From positions 1 through 46,585 of the forward strand of contig CAZZBA010000003.1 of NCBI GenBank assembly GCA_964652765.1: a stretch of 46,585 nucleotides of DNA, given 5' to 3'. Shown piece by piece: positions 27,511-33,807 of this stretch. The notes below the pieces were generated by a model. The model had not been told where the DNA came from. It made no database searches and saw only the letters and a list, made by a program, of their open reading frames with translations. Position 1 is the stretch's first letter; every line of letters starts with the position of its first letter. A program made the translations under genes and the position numbers. This DNA is from an uncultured Victivallales bacterium. GTDB lineage: Bacteria; Verrucomicrobiota; Kiritimatiellia; UBA8416.

Positions 27511-28994
27511 TTTCTTCCTGGCAGACAGCTGGCGTGCAGGGGTTCCGGCGGATCGGATCCTCTCCCCTGCCGATCTTTCTTGCAGAGGGCGCCGACCGGG
27601 CCATTTTCTATGCGCCGCGCTTTGCGTACGCCGTACCCGCAACCCACACTGCCGCAGTTGCCGATCTTGTCGAGACGCTAGCCGCCCGCCAAAGTCCGGA
27701 GGAGCGGCAGCCGGGCCGCGAGGCACCTGCGCTTCATCGGGATGAAGCGGCACGCCTCGTGAGCGCGGCACAGACCGCCGAAGAGGAAGCGGACCTGGCA
27801 CGCCGCCGACCCTTCGCGCCGGAATGCCTCACGCTCTTTCTCAACAATTCCTGCAACTTGAAATGCCGCTACTGCTATTCGGCGCCGGACGGCGACAACC
27901 CGGCCCGCATCACCCCCGAATGCGTGCGGGCAGCCAGTCAAGGGGTGGCCGGACAATGCGCCCGGCGTCGATTACCCTTCACCGTGGTCTTCCATGGGGG
28001 AGGCGAGCCGACGCAGGACCCGCGCCACGTGGACGAACTGCTGGACGTCGTCCGGACCGTTGCTGCGGAACAAGGGGTTCCATTGCGCACTTATCTTGCC
28101 ACCAACGGCGTCATGCCGGAGGAACGCGCCCGGTGGCTGGCCCGGAACTTCGATCGGGTCGGCCTTTCCTGTGACGGTCCGCCGGCCATCCAGGACCGTC
28201 AGCGTCCAGGACGGGACGGCACGCCAACTGCGTCCCGCGTAGCCCGGACAGCTGCCGTCTTGCGCGAGTACGGCAAGCCATTCCACATCCGGGTGACCCT
28301 CACGATCGAGACGTTCGCGGAGCAACCGGCCATCGTGGAGCACCTCATCGCCTGCCATGCCCCGGCGGAAATCCGTCTGGAGCCCGTCTACGTCAACCCC
28401 TTCGGAACGGACATCCCCACCCGGGACGACGCCCTGCGGTTCGCTGACGGATTCCTGGCCGCGCGACACGCTGGCGCAGCCTTGCAGACGCCGGTCACCA
28501 CCTCGCTGACCCGCGCGGGCTCGCTCTACGGCCGCTACTGCAACCCGCTCCGCCAGGTCCTGAATCTCGTGCCGGGCAACCTGGCCACCGGATGCTTCCT
28601 GGAATCACGCCCGGAAGGCATGGCCCGTCGTCGGGTTCAGACCGGCCGGATGGATGCGGAAACCGGGTGCTTTGTCCTCGATGATGACCGGATCCGCTCA
28701 ATGGCCGAACCGTGCGCCACCATCCCCGCGACATGCCGGAACTGCCTTTGCGCCTACCAATGCACGCATGGCTGCCCCGATGCCTGCGTGTTGCAGACCT
28801 CACCGTCCGCCGCGGATGCAAGGGAACCCGGTGACACATTCCGCTGTCACGCGCATCGCCGGATCATGGGGGCACTGATCCGGGAGGCGGTGGATCTGGC
28901 GTGGAACGAACCTGCGGCCACGACACCTCACCCCGCCGGGGATAGGGAGACGCTGCCGGAGGTTGCTGTCCATTTGGAACGGAGGACGCCATGA
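27507..28994 (+). CDS. Radical SAM/SPASM-domain maturase, paralog 2, with N-terminal RRE-like extension
   Basis: CX3CX2C is NSCNLKCRYC, with FHGGGEP, ATNG and LSCDGPPAIQDRQR. The SPASM motif is CRNCLCAYQCTHGC. Start taken at ATG 27507, which overlaps the upstream stop (ATGA). Confidence 0.88.
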   Translation: MISSWQTAGVQGFRRIGSSPLPIFLAEGADRAIFYAPRFAYAVPATHTAAVADLVETLAARQSPEERQPGREAPALHRDEAARLVSAAQTAEEEADLARRRPFAPECLTLFLNNSCNLKCRYCYSAPDGDNPARITPECVRAASQGVAGQCARRRLPFTVVFHGGGEPTQDPRHVDELLDVVRTVAAEQGVPLRTYLATNGVMPEERARWLARNFDRVGLSCDGPPAIQDRQRPGRDGTPTASRVARTAAVLREYGKPFHIRVTLTIETFAEQPAIVEHLIACHAPAEIRLEPVYVNPFGTDIPTRDDALRFADGFLAARHAGAALQTPVTTSLTRAGSLYGRYCNPLRQVLNLVPGNLATGCFLESRPEGMARRRVQTGRMDAETGCFVLDDDRIRSMAEPCATIPATCRNCLCAYQCTHGCPDACVLQTSPSAADAREPGDTFRCHAHRRIMGALIREAVDLAWNEPAATTPHPAGDRETLPEVAVHLERRTP

Positions 28995-30385
28995 CAGGAG
29001 CATTCTCCACAGCGTCGGAACACGACCTCTACGCCCTGCCGGTTGCGCAGCAGTGGTTGCTGGTTTCGCCCTGGACCCGGACCGGGGCACTGGTCAATCG
29101 CGCCGCCGCCGCCGCACTGGGCCGCCGCGCGCGCCATCCTGGCGAAACGCTTCCCGAATCCGTGCGTACCTTGTGGAGTCGACTCGTGCCCGCCGGAGCC
29201 CCTGCGGCACCGCTTCCGGCCTCGGAGAAGATCGTCATCATCCCCACGCGCGCCTGCAACATGCGCTGCGTCTACTGCGATTTCTCGGCGGCCAACGCCA
29301 CCGCGACGGTCCTGGATCCGCAACGGGCCTGCCGTCTGCTGGATTACCACGTTGCGCACGTGCGCGCCTCCCCGGTCGATCCGCTGCGCGTTCACTTCTT
29401 CGGCGGCGAGCCGCTGGTCGCCCGGAAATGCGTTGAGACGATCGTGCACTACGGCCGCGCGCTCTGCGCGCAGAAGGGCGGCAGACCGTGGTTCGAGCTG
29501 ACCACGAACGGCCTGTTCGATCCCGACGTCGTACCCTTTATCGGGGACTACTTCGACAGCGTCGTGATCTCGCTGGACGGGGATGCATCGTTCCATGACT
29601 ACAGTCGGAAGCGGCAGGATGGCAGGGGGACCTACGCGGACATCGCCGCCAATCTCCACCGGCTGAGTGCCTACCCCGTCGAGATCAGCCTGCGCATGTG
29701 TGTCTCCAACCGTTCGGTGGGAGCCATGGCCGACATCACGGAACGCTTCTGCAACGATTTCGAATTCGCGATCCTGGGCTTCGAGATTCTGACTGAGAAC
29801 GAATCGGGACGGGCCGCCGGCCTAATCGCCCCGGATCCCTACGCGTTCGCGGCGGGCGTACTGGCAGCCGAGACCGTGGCGGCACGGCATAACCGGCAAA
29901 TCATCCACGGGCCTTCCGAACTCGCCGGGCCGCGCATGACGTCGTGTCCATGCGGGAAGGGAACCTTGATGCTGACGCCGGAGGGCCGTCTGACAGCCTG
30001 CTACCTGGATCCGCGGCGCGGTGCCGAAGTCGGCCTCGATCTGGATATCGGGAACGTGGAGGCAACCTCTGGCGTCTCCGTCGATCAGGCGAAACTGGAG
30101 GCGCTGCTCCAGTCGGTCCAACCGAAACCCCGCTGCGTCCGCTGTTTCTGCCGCTACACCTGCGCTGGCGGCTGTCACATCGACCAGACGCCGCCGGGAT
30201 GTTCACTGGAGTACAATGACCGCTGCCGGGCTGTTCGCTTGATCACGGCAGCCCGACTCGTGCGCAGCCTCGGCGGCGCGGAGGCACCGGACCTCTTCGC
30301 CATGGGGCGGGAAGCGCTGGAGGCTCTGGCCCAGCATCCGGACGACCGGTTGTTGAATTGGACGCCGGACGGAGGACCGCCATGA
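28991..30385 (+). CDS. Radical SAM/SPASM-domain maturase, paralog 3, with N-terminal RRE-like extension
   Basis: GGAGGA precedes ATG 28991, with an ATGA overlap. CX3CX2C is RACNMRCVYC, with FFGGEP, TTNG and ISLDGDASFHDYSRKR. The SPASM motif is CVRCFCRYTCAGGC. Confidence 0.88.
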   Translation: MTGAFSTASEHDLYALPVAQQWLLVSPWTRTGALVNRAAAAALGRRARHPGETLPESVRTLWSRLVPAGAPAAPLPASEKIVIIPTRACNMRCVYCDFSAANATATVLDPQRACRLLDYHVAHVRASPVDPLRVHFFGGEPLVARKCVETIVHYGRALCAQKGGRPWFELTTNGLFDPDVVPFIGDYFDSVVISLDGDASFHDYSRKRQDGRGTYADIAANLHRLSAYPVEISLRMCVSNRSVGAMADITERFCNDFEFAILGFEILTENESGRAAGLIAPDPYAFAAGVLAAETVAARHNRQIIHGPSELAGPRMTSCPCGKGTLMLTPEGRLTACYLDPRRGAEVGLDLDIGNVEATSGVSVDQAKLEALLQSVQPKPRCVRCFCRYTCAGGCHIDQTPPGCSLEYNDRCRAVRLITAARLVRSLGGAEAPDLFAMGREALEALAQHPDDRLLNWTPDGGPP

Positions 30386-30639
30386 AGCCTGCCACCGGAC
30401 TTTCCTGGCTGGTCGAGGATTCTGGCGTAACCCTGTTGCGTCGTGACCGGGGAATTCATCTTTCGATCCCGTATCCATGGGCTGGACTCTGGGCACTGAT
30501 TGCCAACGGAAACTACACCATGGAAACGGCCTGTGACCTGATGGCCGTGCTGCAGTCGATCAGCAAGGCGGAAGCGGAAGACCGGATTCGCAACACCCTG
30601 GAGGCCTGGGTCAGGCAGGGCCTGCTGAAAGAGGACTAG
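30382..30639 (+). CDS. PqqD-family (RiPP recognition element-type) small protein
   Basis: 85 aa. The pattern LSIPYPWAGLWALIANGNYTMETACDLMAVLQSISKAEAEDRIRNTLEAWVRQGLL fits the PqqD winged-helix layout: beta strands followed by three helices, ending in the fl..L...gll motif. ATG 30382 overlaps the upstream TGA (ATGA). Confidence 0.7.
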   Translation: MKPATGLSWLVEDSGVTLLRRDRGIHLSIPYPWAGLWALIANGNYTMETACDLMAVLQSISKAEAEDRIRNTLEAWVRQGLLKED

Positions 30640-30640
30640 T

Positions 30641-31705
30641 ATGGCCAACATTTCCATCACACGCCGTTGCCGCCGCCAGTGCAGCTACTGCTTTGCCAAG
30701 CACGAGATCCGTCGCTCAGGCCTGCTGGACATGCCGCCCGACACCTTTGCACGAGCACTTGATTTTCTCAAACGGTCCCGGATTCCAGAAGCCCGTATCC
30801 TGGGTGGCGAGCCGACCGAGCATCCCCTCTTCTGCGACTACGTGGAACAGGCCCGCGCGGCGGGGTTTCGCATCCTCATCTTCAGCGGCGGGCTGATTCC
30901 GGAACCTGCCTTGACCTATCTGGCAACCCTGCCGGCGTCCGGATTCTCCCTGCTCCTGAACGCGGCCAATCCCGCCACGGATCGGCCGGATCTGCTGCTC
31001 CGGCAGGAGCAGGTCTGCCGCGTTCTGGGCGACAGGGTCACGCTGGGAACGACGATCTTTGATTGGCAACAGAACCCCGCCTACCTGCTGGATTGGGTGC
31101 TGCAACGGGGATTGTGCCGCACGGTCCGCGTCGGAATCGCCCAGCCCATCCTGGGCGGGGCGAACGTCTTCTTTCCTTTCCGTCATCCGCGCCCCATCCG
31201 TTTGCTGGAGTCTTTCTTTCTGGCGGCGCGACAGGTTGGAATCCAGGTCGGTTTTGACTGCGGCTTCACGCCCTGCATGTTCTCCCGTCCGTTTGTCGAG
31301 GAGCACGCGGCTCTGTTTGCGGCACCGGGGCATCACGCGCCCCCGGCGTATCCGGTTCCGGGACCGGAGGAATCTCGCGAAGTGATCGGAGCCGTTGGAA
31401 TCCGGTGCGGCCCGGTTGTCGATATTCTCCCGGAAGGAGATGCCATTCCCTGCTATGCCCTGTCGCGGACCTGCCGGCTTCCCATACCGGAACAGGGAGA
31501 CCAGAGCGACTGGAGCGCGGCTTTTGACCGGGAACTTTCGGCGATCCTGCCGGCCGGGTGTTTCCGGGCATGTGCCTCTTGCGAGTATCGCGTCCGGCAG
31601 ATGTGCAGCGGGGGCTGTCGTGCCCGCCGCGCCGCGCGCCTGCGCCCGCTGGTCAGTTCCGGCCACACGAATGATGGAGGACCGCATGTTGCTGACTCGC
31701 CGTGA
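30641..31705 (+). CDS. Radical SAM enzyme with C-terminal SPASM/twitch-like Cys motif (divergent from paralogs 1-3)
   Basis: CX3CX2C sits at the extreme N-terminus (MANISITRRCRRQCSYC), with ILGGEPTE. The C-terminal motif is CASCEYRVRQMCSGGC (CX2CX7CX3C). The start lies 1 nt after the upstream TAG. Confidence 0.82.
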   Translation: MANISITRRCRRQCSYCFAKHEIRRSGLLDMPPDTFARALDFLKRSRIPEARILGGEPTEHPLFCDYVEQARAAGFRILIFSGGLIPEPALTYLATLPASGFSLLLNAANPATDRPDLLLRQEQVCRVLGDRVTLGTTIFDWQQNPAYLLDWVLQRGLCRTVRVGIAQPILGGANVFFPFRHPRPIRLLESFFLAARQVGIQVGFDCGFTPCMFSRPFVEEHAALFAAPGHHAPPAYPVPGPEESREVIGAVGIRCGPVVDILPEGDAIPCYALSRTCRLPIPEQGDQSDWSAAFDRELSAILPAGCFRACASCEYRVRQMCSGGCRARRAARLRPLVSSGHTNDGGPHVADSP

Positions 31706-32108
31706 CTTCCTCCGTCTGCGTTTAGTCGGCCGCGCGGAGCCGGCGCCAGCCACCCCGGACACCCCGATCCCGGGGCGTTTTACGCTGGATCTCCTGCGGC
31801 ACCTTCCCGACTCCGTTCTCCGGAAGATGGTGCCCATGGCCCGGCAGGGGTGGACGGTGACCGTTCAGGAGAACGGCGTGTCCTATCGCGGGGAACCCGG
31901 CAAGGAAGGCTTCGTTCCCCTGCTTCCGGCAGCGTGCGCCGCCGTGCGGAAGTTCGATGGCAGCGCGACCGTGGACCAGATCGGGGGAGATCTGGACCGT
32001 GAGATGGAATGGCCGCCCGGCCAAGGCTACGCCTTGGTGCGCGACACATTCCTCTCGCTGGCGGATCGCGAAGTATATCACCCCAGCGGCCCCCCGGCGG
32101 CGGAATAG
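31686..32108 (+). CDS. Small protein with N-terminal RRDFL motif and PqqD-like C-terminal half
   Basis: MLLTRRDFLRLRLVGRAEPAPA... is followed by AAVRKFDGSATVDQIGGDLDREMEWPPGQGYALVRDTFLSLADREVY, which is PqqD-like. GGAGGA (31676-31681) precedes ATG 31686, and ATG 31671 is an alternative start. The gene overlaps the end of the upstream radical SAM gene by 20 nt. The track ORF start at 31395 is an out-of-frame overlap artefact. Confidence 0.6.
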   Translation: MLLTRRDFLRLRLVGRAEPAPATPDTPIPGRFTLDLLRHLPDSVLRKMVPMARQGWTVTVQENGVSYRGEPGKEGFVPLLPAACAAVRKFDGSATVDQIGGDLDREMEWPPGQGYALVRDTFLSLADREVYHPSGPPAAE

Positions 32109-32142
32109 CCATACCTGCGGGCAACTGGAGACAAGGAGTCAT

Positions 32143-33807
32143 ATGGACATGCCACGAGACGTCAGTTCCAACGCGGAATCCGCCCCCCGGGGGCGACTGG
32201 TACGCAGCAAGCCCTACAAGGCCGCGCCCCCCGAGGATACGGTGCGGAGCATCCGGTCGCGACTGATGGGCCTGGGACTGACGTTCATCGAACAGGCCCT
32301 GCCCGGAGAATCGGGGCGATGCTCGTACCGACTCTGCATGGTGAACGACGCGAGCGGCGAGCCGGTCTTCCAGACCATGGGCAAAGGCCGGACCGACGCC
32401 TATGCCAGGGCCAGCGCCTACGGCGAGATGATCGAGCGGATCCAGAACCTCGCGCTCTACATGATGCTGGTCTATTCATCGGAGCCCGAAACGGATGACG
32501 CCGTCCCGCCCGCTCCGTTCCGGTACTTTCCGGATGAGAAGATCCTGACGGGCGAGGAGTTGCGCCAGGGCACTGGACTGCTCGCCCGCTCCGACCTGGC
32601 CCCGGACGACCTGCCCGGGCGGACGGCGCTGGGGGTGCCTTTCTGGAATGTGTTCGGCGCACGCGCCGAGTACCTGCCGTTCCGCGCTTTCCAGGTCATT
32701 GTCGGCAGCAACGGGATGTGCAGCGGCAACACTCCTTCCGAAGCCCTGGTCCACGGCATCTGCGAAGTATTCGAGCGGCACGTTCTCAAGCAGTTGATCC
32801 TTTCGCCCTGCACGCCGCCGGAGATTCCGCTGGACTGGTTCCTCGGTCACGAGATCCTCCGGGACCTCCTTCACCTGGCCGCGGCCAAAGGCTACGATAT
32901 CCGCGTCAAGGACTGCTCGCTGGGACTGCGGCTGCCCGTTCTCGGCCTGTTGATCCGGGACGGTACCGGGCGCTACGCGTTCCACCTGGGTGCCGATCCG
33001 AGTCCGGTTACGGCGCTTGAACGCTGCTTCACCGAGATGTGCCAGGGCGGACAGATCCTCTTCCTGGATGCCGCGGAGATCGTCGATGATCCGGCCCCGG
33101 GGCATCTTACGGAATTCTGGAAAACCCAACTGCACCTCAACATCCGGTGCTACGAAGGGCACTGGCCGCACGCCGTGCTGCAACCGGGACCGGACGGCGT
33201 ATTCGCGGGATTCGATCACCCGGTGTCAGCGTCGGATGAGCAGGACCTGGACTATGTCCTTGGCATCGTGCGTGACGCGGGCTGGGAACTCCTGGTCCGG
33301 GACAATTCGTTCCTGGGCTTTCCCGCCTACCATGTCTATGTCCCCGGGGTCGGCGAGATGGCCAATGCGGTGGACGACTCGTTCGTGAGGCAGTATCTGT
33401 CGTTCGACCGGCAGATCCACGTGTTGACCCAACCGGTTGGCGCGACGCTGGCGCAACGGGAAGCGGCCGTGCAAGCCATGGAACGATATGCGGCGGCAGC
33501 TCCCTCGCGCCGGTTCCAGGCGGCGGACTACCTGTTATACTGTCCTTGCCACCCATGGATCCACCTGTCGCTGCCAGACCTCCGTGAGTTACTGCTGTCG
33601 CAACGGGTCGCCGCCACCGCCGTGCCGCCGTGCTTCCACTGCGATACCTGCCCAAGCGCCGGCAGCTGCCACTTTCCGTTGCTGTCCGCCGTCTGGAAGC
33701 GCCTCAAGCAGACCATGATCTCCAGTGGCCTGACCCAGGACGACCTGCGCCGACTCGCCCCGACAAGTCAGCCGCCGGCACCGGAGGGAAAAGGGCGCAT
33801 GCCGTGA
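32143..33807 (+). CDS. YcaO-domain protein (ATP-dependent backbone amide activating enzyme: cyclodehydratase/thioamidase class)
   Basis: AAGGAG (32133-32138) precedes ATG 32143. The YcaO signatures GKGRTDAYARASAYGEMIERIQN and SNGMCSGNTPSEALVHGICEVFERH are present. The C-terminal tail is Pro-rich (SQPPAPEGKGRMP) and is preceded by CFHCDTCPSAGSC. Confidence 0.88.
   Translation: MDMPRDVSSNAESAPRGRLVRSKPYKAAPPEDTVRSIRSRLMGLGLTFIEQALPGESGRCSYRLCMVNDASGEPVFQTMGKGRTDAYARASAYGEMIERIQNLALYMMLVYSSEPETDDAVPPAPFRYFPDEKILTGEELRQGTGLLARSDLAPDDLPGRTALGVPFWNVFGARAEYLPFRAFQVIVGSNGMCSGNTPSEALVHGICEVFERHVLKQLILSPCTPPEIPLDWFLGHEILRDLLHLAAAKGYDIRVKDCSLGLRLPVLGLLIRDGTGRYAFHLGADPSPVTALERCFTEMCQGGQILFLDAAEIVDDPAPGHLTEFWKTQLHLNIRCYEGHWPHAVLQPGPDGVFAGFDHPVSASDEQDLDYVLGIVRDAGWELLVRDNSFLGFPAYHVYVPGVGEMANAVDDSFVRQYLSFDRQIHVLTQPVGATLAQREAAVQAMERYAAAAPSRRFQAADYLLYCPCHPWIHLSLPDLRELLLSQRVAATAVPPCFHCDTCPSAGSCHFPLLSAVWKRLKQTMISSGLTQDDLRRLAPTSQPPAPEGKGRMP

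Noticed and set aside
24935-31705. Interpreting the SPASM radical SAM genes as anaerobic sulfatase-maturating enzymes, which are common in sulfatase-rich PVC genomes.
   Set aside because: anSMEs begin almost directly with the CX3CX2C motif, whereas three of these have 90-115-aa N-terminal extensions. No sulfatase gene lies in the window. The adjacent small protein has no C/S-x-P/A-x-R target motif. PqqD-like, YcaO and B12-rSAM genes are interleaved in the same coupled operon.
31395-32142. Track ORFs 31395..32108 and 31957..33807 taken at full length. The same applies to 33630..35759, 27465..28994 and 30358..30639.
   Set aside because: Their 5' portions overlap the preceding gene in another frame and translate to non-protein-like sequence. 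Internal starts with SD motifs or ATGA/GTGA coupling (31686, 32143, 33804, 27507, 30382) coincide with the onset of recognisable domains.
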